Part shown: piece after piece, positions 52,769 through 64,000 of the stretch | Layout of the letters: every line of letters starts with the position of its first letter | How positions within the stretch are numbered: the first letter of the stretch is position 1 | Assembly: GCF_006345805.1 (NCBI RefSeq) | Contig: NC_043010.1 | Coordinates: forward strand, 33,604,001 to 33,668,000 | Source: Octopus sinensis | Taxonomy: Eukaryota | Direction of reading: 5' to 3' | DNA length: 64,000 nt | Program-made: the position numbers and the translations under genes | Notes under the pieces: generated by a model | Told to the model about the DNA's origin: nothing | Databases searched by the model: none | The model's input: only the letters and a program-made list of their open reading frames with translations

Positions 52769-55053
52769 TATACATATATGTATACACATACATTTATGTA
52801 TGCACATATACACACACACACACATGAATGTGTGTATTTGTGCATGTATAGACACATGCACATACCAGTGTATGTGTGTGTTAGAGAGATTAAAGTGACA
52901 CAACGATAAATCCCATCCACACCCATTTGTTACAAATATATATATTTCTTATGAAAATATTTTTATTTATCCCTGGTCTTTGAGATATGAATCATCCAAA
53001 GTCCATAGTGACATCTCTGTGTTTGCGTGTGCGTCTAGGTTACCGTGACCTTGTGATGTATATCATCATCATCATCACCATCATCGTCATCTAGTTGTTG
53101 TAGAAAGAAAGAAACAGTTGATCCATATTAGTTAGCATTTAAAATTAGGAAAAGAGAAATGCTGTAATTGAATCCTTCTGTTCCATCTCTTGTCTTTCAT
53201 TTTGATGGCAGTTCTAAAATTTACAATAAATGTAAGTTTTTGAAAATAATCCTGACCAAATTTAACTGTTGTACTTTTGGTGGCAGTTTCATATTATCTG
53301 AATCTCCTTGGTTATGTTTTTAATTATTCTTAACTTTGTATTCGAATTTGGTTCATATTTAGCTACTAGAATCTTGAAAATGATTTTTATGCTTGTGGTT
53401 ATTCTAAATTATAAATTCTTGATGAGATTCAGCCTCCACGTTTTGCTTTTGTTATACAGTGTCTGAATGTTCTTTATTGTGTGTCAAATTTATGTTCATA
53501 TCATTGGTTTTTGGTTAATTTATCTTAAGAAAGGATCCTTCTCCTCCATTTCCTTGTATGTGATTTGGAGACATTTCTAAATAAATTTCTCATCAGATTT
53601 CTTTCCCTGATCTTAACTGTACACTGTCTGCCACCAGTGACCAAGTCGTATACCTCTCAAATGACCCCCCCCCCACACACACACACATACCTGTTCGATC
53701 TACTTTGTAAACTGTTATCATGTATTAGGAAGTACTTGCTATTACAAAATATGAAACTCATAAGGGTTCCTTTGGGGTGTCCTTCCTGAGTAAGAAACTC
53801 ATTGGGCTGGTTTGTCTGGTGTATATATACCCCATCTGGCGGGACACTGGTCCATCGCAGAATTACTTGTTTTTGCCAGCTGAGTGGATTGGAGTAACGT
53901 GAGATGAAGTGTTTTGCTCAAGAAAACAATACATCGCTTGGTCCAGGAATCAAAACCACACTCTTATAATCATGAGTCTAACACCTTAATTACTAAACCA
54001 TACACTTCAACTCCTTTAAGATGTATTATTACTTAATTCTACTCCTCCCCCCAACCCTTTTTGGGATTGTTTGTGTTGTATGGTGCATGGCCTGATGCAC
54101 ACTTCATATAAATCCTTAATTGATTACTAACTGTTACTTCATATCAAACTACCACAATAACAGTGAGGGTATTATTGTTTTATTTCATCTTTTGTTTCAG
54201 TGGTGATTCTGAATTATAAATTACTGATCAAATTCAGAGACCCCACTCTCCCTATTGCCTGAATATTAATTATGCATTACATTTCGGTTTATATTTGGTT
54301 ATTAGAATCGATTTCAAAGTGATTGACCCATTTATTTTAAAGCATATCCTATTGGCAGTATGAGTGCCATGGCATTGTGTAGAAGTTTCTGGACAAGCCA
54401 TTTCTGCGATAAAGATTAGATACCAAGTTTAGACATATCATTTCACTTCACTTCACATACCTGCACTGTTCTGTTGCTTATAGCCTGGAGAGAATCTCTG
54501 TACAAAATATAGAATTGCTATTGTTCTCTCAATATACTGTTAAATGTTATGTACAGGATAGTAATATTGTAACCTTTAGCTGTTGTTTTTGTTGTCTGAT
54601 ATTGTCTTATGATTATGATATAGAGTAACGCTTATTAACACCATAGCTAGGTTTGTAGTTAAACTATAATGTAATATGTAATGTATATTCTGATATTGTA
54701 GTTAGGTCAGTGGTTATAATGTGATTCATAAAAATAGATTCAATGAAGCTGTGAGATTTCTCATGGCACAATTCAAGACATATTAAATAAGTTTTGTGGC
54801 ACAAAATCTCTGTAGACTAATGTCTCTTGTGTACAGTGACACAGTGATGACATGTTCTGTGTAAGGAAGCAGAAAGACGCCATCACCAAAGATCTAATTA
54901 TTTCATATTGTGGGGGATTTTGATTTCATTGTTACAATTATTAAAAATTACTATAAAGTATTTCTTAACTTCACTGCATCTCAATCAGTTCTTCACTCTT
55001 TGAGCATCTTTAGGTGCCATGTTCTTCCTATGATCTCTTTCTCTCTCTCTCTT

Positions 55054-55085
<32 letters not shown>

Positions 55086-55199
55086 ACTCATTCTGTCTCA
55101 ATGTATATATTGAGAGAAAGAGAGACTTAGCTAGCTTATATATATGTAATAGACAGATATTATATGTATAGATATTAAATGCCTATATCATATATATGT

Positions 55200-56059
55200 A
55201 TGTATATATAAGTATATAAAATGTGTGTGTATGTGTGTATCGGTATGTCCTCATTTTGCACCAAAACGGCTTGACCGATTTTTCTTAAACTTCACACGCA
55301 CATTGCTTATGTGTCTGGGGAGGTTTTAAGTATAAATTGATTTCAAAAAAATGTTCGGGTAAACGGCAGGAGGAATAACATTTGTGTGCAGTTGAACAGC
55401 AGGTGTAATTATTTTAAGTTTCCAAGGGAAATAACCCATTCCCGCCTTCGTAAATTATTTGGTAAAAATGAAATTAAGTATACTTATTTCTTAATATTTG
55501 AACTATTTTAGTTATTTCCTCAATTTATCCAGTACAAGGATTGAACAAGTTAATAGTATTCTCCTAAACAATAGATCCACTTACTTTGATTAGTGACTTA
55601 TGAATAGCGCTGCTGAGGCTAATATTTTCTGGGAATGCACAAAAGCTTTTTTCACAGTTAATTACTTTGAATTGTTATTATTTCATCTGATTAGCCTCTT
55701 ATTACATAACTTGTTTCATGATTTTAGTATACATACCTTATTAGTATTTCCTCCTAGGTTCTCCATACTGTGGGAATGCATTAAAGCTTTTTTCGGGGCT
55801 ACTTTATTTGAATTCTTAGTATAGGGTAATTAATTTCATGTTATTACATAACTGACTTCACAATTTGGGTATTCATAACTTATTGGGAATTCCAAAAAAC
55901 AAGATTCTATGTAAGACAGTTCGGTATCCTCAGTAAATACACAAAAACCATTTTAAGGGCTACATACTTTGTATTGTTGTACTGGATTAGCGAAACAATT
56001 ATGAGAATGGAACCAAGGGATAAACCCGCTTTCCTGGGAATTACCAGGCATATCACCTG

Positions 56060-56111
<52 letters not shown>

Positions 56112-56742
56112 CCACCTATATATATGGATATATATAGAGAGAGAGATATGTGTGTGTGTGTGTGTATATGCTTTCGGTCCAAATAGTTTTGTTATACGAT
56201 GCCGTATTTTACAATCCTGTAAATAATGATAATGGTATTTTTATATAAGCTTACAGTTTATGGCATTCACCGTGCAATGGCTAAGGAAAATAGTCTAATG
56301 ACAGGGCATATAAGCCCTTGACAGAAAAAAGAAGGCTTTCCCATCCACATGTAAAGGTAACACACTTAGTCATGTTAACAAAGGGATGTGTTTATTATAC
56401 CCTCAGGCTGACCGAAACCTTGTGAGTGGATTTCGTACTCGGAAACTGAAAGAAGACTGTCGTATATATGTGTATATTTGTGTATGTGTGTGCCTGTTTC
56501 TTGTGTTTGTACTCCCACCATTGCAGACAATTGATGTTGCTGTGTTTATATTCCCATAACTTAGCGGTTTGGTAAAAGACACTGACAGAATGAGTACTAG
56601 GCTTACAAAGAATAAATCCTGTGGTTGATTTCTTCGACCAACGGCGGTGCTCCAGCATGGCCTCAGTCACATGACTGAAACAAGGAAAGCAATAAAAATC
56701 TATGCCATTTTAATCCCAAGCAAGGCCGGGTATCTCTGCTAG
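55200..56742 (+). mobile_element. Larger Helitron-like element with nested SINE (5' end approximate)
   Basis: 3' hairpin CCCAAGCAAGGCCGGG then CTAG|T at 56739-56743. 5' region has acggcttgaccgatttttcttaaacttc, resembling Helitron-associated cores. A SINE lies at 56398-56697. Confidence 0.55.
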
Positions 56743-56798
56743 TATATCACTAGCCACTATACATTCTTTATTTTCTCTCCTTGTTTCTTTCTGCGTTC

Positions 56799-56834
56799 CT
56801 TTCTATGGAAGAGCGTAGGCTCGAAACATTAAAG
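56799..56834 (+). ncRNA. Decayed Penelope-type minimal hammerhead in a short repeat tail
   Basis: CUUU-CUAUGGA-A-GAGC-guag-GCUC-GAAAC-AUU-AAAG. Stems I and II are intact but the core is mutated. Confidence 0.45.
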
Positions 56835-56936
56835 TCTTTTTCACTTCCTGAGCATTATACTAATACATCTGTTTGTTGTCTACACCACCTGTCTTTGTCT
56901 TTTATTTTTTTTTTTTTGTGAATTCTCCTATATATA

Positions 56937-56993
<57 letters not shown>

Positions 56994-57745
56994 TATATAC
57001 AACTGGCACTCTATCAGTTGGGACAATGTGGGTTCCAGTTGATATGATCAACAGAACAGCCTACTCATGTAATTTACATGTAAGTGACTGAGCTGTGCAC
57101 AGACACATGTACCCTTAATGTATAACTCAGGGAGATTCAGCATGAAACACCAATGTCACAAAGCTGGCCCTTTGAAGTACAAGTATTTTTCATTTTGTGT
57201 GTATATGTAGGCATGTGTGTGTGTGTATTCTATAAATAACTTTCTTAGAAACAGCTTTCTTCCTGGAATGTAAAACCTGAGAGTGGCCAGTGTGTTGAGT
57301 ATCTTTAATGATGTTGTCAAACAGCAGTGCAGCAGGGTTATCAATGTAATGTCTATCAGCACCACCTCATATCTTTCTGTTTCCCATAAGGAATAATACA
57401 ATATTATACATTAGAAATCATTAATATTACAGTAGCAAAAACTATAGCGCCGTATTTTAATTACATTCCTTAATGTTACAGACACCAAAATTTGAGCACA
57501 GGTCCTGTAGGAACCTTGTCATTCAAAAGGTTACGAGAACATGAAGAGAACACTGCAAGTTGAAGAGATGTCAAGCCTCTCAGCCAAGCAGAAAACAGTA
57601 CTGTTGTATAATTGGCAATCATTTTATTGGCTTGAAGTGCAGAATTCAATATCTTCACTTGCTCTCTCTCTCTCTCTCTCTCTCTCCCCCCTCTCTCTCT
57701 ATATATATATATGTGTGTGTGTGTACATACATACATGCATGCATA

Positions 57746-57786
<41 letters not shown>

Positions 57787-58162
57787 TATATATATATATA
57801 TAGGCGCAAGAGTGGCTGTGTGGTAAGTAGCTTGCTTACCAACAACATAGTTGTAGATTCCGTCCCACTGCATGGCACCTTGGGCAAGTGTCTTCTATTA
57901 TAGCCTCAGGCCAACCAAAGCCTTGTGAGTGGATTTGGTAGACGGAAACTGAAAGAAGCCCGTCGTATGTTTGTGCGTGTCTCCCCAATGTCGCTTGACA
58001 ACTGATGCTGGTGTGTTTGCATCCCCGTAACTTAGCAGTTCTGCGAAAGAGACCAATAGAATAAGTACTAGGCTTACAAAGAATTAGTCCTGGGGTCGAT
58101 TTATTCGACTGAAGGTAGTGCTCTAGCATGGCTGCAGTCAAAAATGACTGAAACAACTAAAA

Positions 58163-58199
<37 letters not shown>

Positions 58200-58720
58200 C
58201 ATGGCAGGTGAAACCAACTGAAGGTGGCTGTGGTTAACAAGAGACCACAAATGGAGCCCTTCTGCAGGCAAAGATTAATTCAGTCCTTGCTACTTGCCCC
58301 ACTCAGGTGAAGCATGCAGGTTAAGATGTGCCATGCTTCAGAACCTGTGTTGCCTGCTGACAAGACATAGGATTTCCAACATTGCAATGGATTCAGAAAG
58401 AAGCTTGCAATACCTCTGAATGGCTTCAGTAGTTTCTGTTTGGAACAAAGAGCTTCTGATGTGTTATTTCCTTACCTATGCACAAGAAAATGGTGCTTCT
58501 TTTCTCTGTGTATAAAATTTGTGGAGAAATCTCAAACCTCACTGTCCAGCATCCCCTGTTGTTGAGTTTCAAAGTCTACATCATTCCATATTCCTCTGAA
58601 ACATTATATGTTCTGAGTTCAAATGCTTCTGAGTTCAAATTTAATCTGGCAAGGATGGAAGAGGCAGCAGAAAGAGCCTGTTGCTGGTTATGGAGCAAGA
58701 GAGATGAGTTAAGCTAGAAA
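58200..58720 (+). mobile_element. Possible decayed R2/Hero-type RLE LINE 3' remnant
   Basis: EEAAERACCWLWSKRDE* resembles the AERAS.W.W..R C-terminal motif of Hero/NeSL-type elements; the rest is not convincingly alignable by eye. Confidence 0.3.
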
Positions 58721-59163
58721 ACCAGGAGTAGATGATGAACAGTGATATGGCCACCTCTGCTGATCCACCAACAGGAGAGTGTTGTTACAGTTCAGGTTCG
58801 AAACACCTGATGAACATTGGATACCCTCTGATGACATCAGTTCTTTCTAGCCACAGCTCCATTCAGTTTGGTGAGTGGAAAAGAAGCACCTTCTTCTAAG
58901 TGTTATCAATAACATAATATAATATACACATTCATACATACATACATACGTACACACACTTATATATATATACATGCACACACATACATATATATGCTCA
59001 CACATACAGGAATAAAGATACCCAGTGACTATTGGATGATCAAGCTGATCTAAATGTTGCATAGATGTAAAATAAACAACAAAATATCTCCAGTGATGGG
59101 GTTAATAGCCTGAAAAATTATCTAATATCATACTAAACTGTTTTCCCATGAGACAAATCTTTT

Positions 59164-59200
<37 letters not shown>

Positions 59201-59201
59201 T

Positions 59202-59246
<45 letters not shown>

Positions 59247-59257
59247 TATATGCTTAC

Positions 59258-59313
<56 letters not shown>

Positions 59314-59909
59314 ATATATATGTATACATGTATACACACACACACATTATCTCTCTTCCAATTGTTTCTATTTAGCTTTTATTTATGAAGTAGTAATGGA
59401 TGGGGAGGGTATTTTTTTTAGAGTTATCTTTGTTTTTGTTTAATATTTCATAAATGGCCATTGGCAGATTATATTACTATCATCATCATCTTTATTATTT
59501 TCATCATCATCATCATCATCATCATCATTATTATGGAGTGGTAGAACCATTAGAGCATAAGAAAAACACTTTGCAGTATTTATTCTCACCTTTTACGTTC
59601 TGAGTTCAAATTGTGTTGAGGTCAGCTTTATCTTCCCTCGGGGTTCATAAATAAAGTAGCTGTCTTATACTGTGTTCAATAGTATCGACTTCCCTCCTAC
59701 CCTCAAATTAGCTGTCCTTGTGCCTCAATCAGCAATTATTATTAGTAGTAGTATTGGTATTGCATGAGAGAGCAGCACATGCCATCAAAGTGACACTGAG
59801 GTGCAAATATATAAAGCCCAATATACCCATCACGATAAGGGTACACCAGGTACATACATCACAACCGTATGTGTGCAACGTGGTAATCTCATATGATGGA
59901 CAGCATTAA

Positions 59910-60130
59910 CCCTTCTGTTACCATATTTATTTTGAGATGCACATGTTTCTTTCAATTAATTTTAAATGTAACAAAGACTTTAGTAAAATAACTTAGTTAT
60001 CATTAAGCTAGTGTTAGGAACATAAATTGCAACTAAGGTTTGGTGGAAGATTTTAATTCAAAACTTATGAAAACAAGACATTTGTACTACAGAGCCAGAG
60101 GCGGTTTCAGCCAGGTTGGTATCAAAAGGG
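59910..60130. mobile_element. piggyBac-like MITE (221 bp), related to 5657-6475
   Basis: TTAA flanks, TIR CCCTTCTGTTACC / CCCTTTTGATACC, similar left subterminal sequence. Confidence 0.7.
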
Positions 60131-60412
60131 TTAAAAGGATGAAAAATAAAGTTGATTGTAGCAGATTGTAGCAGAATGAAATGTCGCTAAGATTTGTCCA
60201 GCATGAATTTGGTAGCTGGAAACTGTAGTAGGAGACACTTTCACAAGGTGCCATGCAGTTAGTTTGAACCTGAAATCACTTGGTTTGGGAGGAAACTTCT
60301 TAACCACACAGCTACATATATACTTCTTTGAAACCATAAAGCCATAAAATTGTTTTGGGGTTTTTTTCTTTTTCATTTTTATGCATACATGTATGTATGT
60401 ATGTGTGTGTGC

Positions 60413-60454
<42 letters not shown>

Positions 60455-60721
60455 CATGTTTTGTAGCTATTATATTAGTTTCCTTTGTAGTCCCTGGACA
60501 GATAGTTTTGTAATAATTTTTCTTGTTGCTGAAAACTTCTGTATTTGGTGCAAATTCAATCTTTCTGTTTGATCTGGAATGATGAAATTCTAAATGCAGT
60601 TATTATTTTTCTTGTTTTCCCATCTTGTCTTTCTAAGTCGACTTTCAGTGCATTATTGAAACCTGTAGACTATCAATACCTATTACTTAAACTTCTAGCT
60701 TTTAAGTGTTATCCTAAGTAT

Positions 60722-60730
60722 TTATTATTA

Positions 60731-60788
<58 letters not shown>

Positions 60789-60796
60789 TATTATTA

Positions 60797-60846
<50 letters not shown>
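60722..60846. repeat. Long (TAT/CAT)n microsatellite
   Basis: Direct inspection; one of many (AT)n, (CA)n, (CT)n and (TAT)n tracts in the window. Confidence 0.95.
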
Positions 60847-61028
60847 GACGTCACACAGTATACCATGAGGTTGTCGATTGAAGATATTGTGTCTACCGGG
60901 GGTTTGTACAGTTTGCCAAGTCACAACAAGGACCTCAAACAGACAGTACTTTACACAATACGTGTGCCGTTCCAAGTAATGCCGACTTTTGCAATACATC
61001 TAGATTGTAGGGTATTTCTAAGGTTTTA
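60847..61028 (-). mobile_element. R4/Dong-type LINE 3' end, subfamily 2 (second copy)
   Basis: Clearly similar to 50957-51150; LEIPYNLDVLQKSALLGTAHVLCKVLSV*. The 3' end runs directly into the long (TAA)n at 60722-60846. Confidence 0.75.
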
Positions 61029-61321
61029 ACTTTCGTCCTGTGTTTTGTCCCTCTATGTTTTAAATGAGTTTTGTTAGCCCTTGTGGCCAATAAACAAACA
61101 AATTATTATTATTATTATTATTAGAGTGGTGAGCTGATAGGAACATCAATATGCCAGGTAAAATGCTTAGCGGCATTTCATCTGTTTTCACATTCTGTGT
61201 TCAAATTCCACCAAGACCAACATAGCCTTTCATCCCTTCAGGGTTGATAAAAATAAGTACTAGATGTAATCAACTAGTCCCCTCCCCCCAAATTTCAGGC
61301 TTTGTGCATTTAGTAGAAAAG

Positions 61322-61352
<31 letters not shown>

Positions 61353-61561
61353 GGGTGACGAGCTGGCAGGAACGTTAATACACTGGGTGAAATGCTTAGT
61401 GGCATTTTGTCCATCTTCATGTTCAGGGTTCAAATTTAGCCTTTCATCCTTTCAGGGTCGATAAACTAAGTACCAATCGAGCACTGGGGTCAATGTAATC
61501 AACTTAACCCCTCCCACAAAATTGCTAGTTTTGTGCCAAAATTTGAAATCATTATTATTAT

Positions 61562-61910
61562 TTTTTGCTTTTAATCTATGTTTGTTAGTCATTTGCCAAG
61601 ACACACCCAGTGTCCTTGAGCAAGTGAAGGATAAGAAATGTTACAGTATGACTGAAAACTTGGGAAGGGGGAAGTAGAAAATATCTTCATGTAATACAAC
61701 ACAGACATTTAAATGGATAGGGTTTTTCTAAGGATGTGGGCAGTACTTGTCAGTACAATCTTCTTGGTTTCTCTGAGACATGGTTCTCCTGGGATCTTAT
61801 CTAAATGTTTCTGACATCCCTTTTTTTATCATACCTAGGGCACCTACAATAACAGGAACAATTCTCGTTTTAAGATGCCACATCTTTTGTATTTCAATTT
61901 CCAGGTCCTT
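61562..61910 (-). mobile_element. R4/Dong-type LINE 3' end, subfamily 3
   Basis: KDLEIEIQKMWHLKTRIVPVIVGALGMIKKG...IVLTSTAHILRKTLSI* and a ~145-nt 3' UTR; both ends abut (TAA)n. Confidence 0.8.
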
Positions 61911-62042
61911 ATTATTATTATTATTATTATTATTTTTATCATCATCATTATTATTATTATTATTATTACTACTACTACTACTATCATCATCATCATCATC
62001 ATCATTGTTATTTTTTTCCACATTGTTTTTATATATGCACAG

Positions 62043-62336
62043 GTCAGGGGTCGCCCACCCCTCAGGCTACTGTGCAACACCAGCAGCAGCAGCAGCAAAA
62101 GGGTGGTGGCAGTGGTGGTGGCGTCGTGCCCTCAGTTCTGACAGGGGGCACTGGCGGAGCAAGTGCTGGGGCAGCGGGCATGCCGGGTCCTACACTGCAG
62201 CAACTCTCCCTACCTTCTCCGTCCCACCACCACCAACAACAAGCACATCAACAACAACAGCAACAACAGCAGCAGCAGCAGCCCGTCTCCTCACCCACAG
62301 TACAGACTGCGGCCGGACATGATTTGAACCGACCTA
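62043..62336 (+). CDS. SMAD4: Smad4 polyQ/G/H-rich linker exon (294 nt, phase 1 to 1)
   Basis: Acceptor tttttatatatgcacag|GT, donor CTA|GTGAGT. Open frame GQGSPTPQATVQHQQQQQQKGGGSGGG...QQQQQPVSSPTVQTAAGHDLNRP in a GC-rich island. Low-complexity Q-rich linkers are known in invertebrate Medea. Confidence 0.8.
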
Positions 62337-62525
62337 GTGAGTCCTTCCAGCCCCGTCATAATCACCTTCACCATCATCATCATCATCATCTTCATCATCA
62401 TCATCATCTGCTATATAGATACACATAATCCATGGATGCATGCATGTGCTAGTGTGCATATGTGTTTCTGTGTGTATATGTATGTGCATATATGTGTGTG
62501 TGGGGTATATTTCTGTGCGTGTAGA

Positions 62526-62583
<58 letters not shown>

Positions 62584-62603
62584 ATATACATATACACATA
62601 TAC

Positions 62604-62650
<47 letters not shown>

Positions 62651-63158
62651 ATATGTATATGTATATATATATACACACACACACCACACACACACATACA
62701 AACAAATATGCATAGACTATTTTTATATGCTGAAGTATGCATGTGTGTGTGTGTATATATACACACACAAACATGTGTAAATATATATATATATATACTC
62801 ACACACATATACATATATACATAGACACACACACGCATTCAGTCATACATGCACACAATCATTTGTGTGTATTTTACAAACCTAACTTTTAGCAATTCTT
62901 TCTACTCTCTTTCTGCCTGTTGCTCTCTCTGTCTCTCTCTCTCTCTCACTCTATCTCATTTTTAATCATCTGTTTCTGTAACTCTTCTGCCTCCACCTTG
63001 CTTTCTTCCTTTTTTTTTCTTCTTCTCCGTTCCTCAATCTCCGCTCTAATTTAACATCAGCCTTCTTCTTTAACCACTACTACTACTACTACCATTGCTG
63101 CTGCTACTAACATTCATCTTTCCCCCACCATCTCCTCCCTCCACCGTGGCCATTGCAG

Positions 63159-63293
63159 ACTGCAAGACATCACCTAAGGAAACTCAGCCAGCACCATTAC
63201 CACCACCCCTGCCCAAAAAGCACCCTCAGTTATTTTACCCTCCCATCTCCTCTGCCACCGATACTCTACCACCTCAGGCCTGTCTGTCTGTTT
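63159..63293 (+). CDS. Possible further proline-rich linker exon (135 nt, phase 1 to 1)
   Basis: cattgcag|AC acceptor after a pyrimidine-rich stretch; open frame CKTSPKETQPAPLPPPLPKKHPQLFYPPISSATDTLPPQACLSV; weak donor TTT|GTATGT. Confidence 0.25.
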
Positions 63294-63757
63294 GTATGTC
63301 CACTGCATATGCAACCTAACATAACATAGGCAACTAAGCATACCATGGCTTCTTTTTGTTTTTGATTTTTTTCTTTTTCCTTGTTCTTTTACTAACAACC
63401 ATAACGTTTGTTTCTAATTATGCACCCAACTCTCCCTGGCCCCTCTGCTTCAAAATCTACTTAACATTCTTTTTTTCCAAACAATTTTGGGTTGTTTTTT
63501 TTTATATATTGTTCATGCATCTTTAATTTACCTTAACTCATTCATTTGGTGTGTGTGTGTGTGTGTGTGTGTATAAACAATAGATTATTTAGAGAGATTC
63601 AATTGACAATCTAATAATTTATTTATATTATAACATAGTATACTAGTTTGTTACTTTAATATATATATATGTGTGTATGTATGTATATTGTGAATAGATA
63701 TTCAGATCACTTCAGATAGTCTACTTTCATATGGAGAAGCTTACCATAAATACATCT

Positions 63758-63815
<58 letters not shown>

Positions 63816-64000
63816 ATATATATATTTAGACACGAGACACACATACACACACACAAACACACACACACACACACACAAATTTGCATACACACACACACAT
63901 TCACACACATATATTTAAAGCTGATGATTTATTTAGTCATTACTCACAGTTTCTTCTCATTCTATCCAATCTTTTGGTAGTAACAAAAAAGATATTTTTG

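Noticed and set aside
58732-58834. C/D-box snoRNA or hammerhead suggested by ATGATGA, CTGA and ttcgaaacacctgatga
   Set aside because: No terminal stem, and no arrangement giving stems I-III with an NUH triplet.

Overview
AT-rich, microsatellite- and repeat-dense metazoan genomic DNA. The repeat landscape looks like a coleoid cephalopod (Octopus-like); this is inferred, not shown. The one clearly supported gene is the 5' half of Smad4/Medea on the + strand. I assembled it by hand: MH1 exons 22730-22978 and 30998-31172, a 30-nt micro-exon 35004-35033, linker exon 40997-41116, a probable 42-nt exon 47462-47503 and a polyQ/G/H exon 62043-62336. The MH2 exons must lie beyond the window. Nearly all ORFs in the supplied track are microsatellite or SINE artefacts. 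Introns and upstream DNA hold several tRNA-derived SINE families with swapped modules, RTE and R4/Dong-type LINE 3' ends, non-autonomous Helitrons, piggyBac-like (TTAA) and hAT MITEs, and decayed mariner/maT elements. Top observations: (1) a structurally complete type I hammerhead ribozyme with an unusually long stem II on the minus strand (18717-18812), plus two decayed Penelope-type hammerhead relics; (2) four RLE-type LINE fragments from three subfamilies, all sitting in (TAA)n tracts in the same orientation, several of those tracts being SINE tails or linkers; (3) cryptic in-phase Smad4 linker exons.
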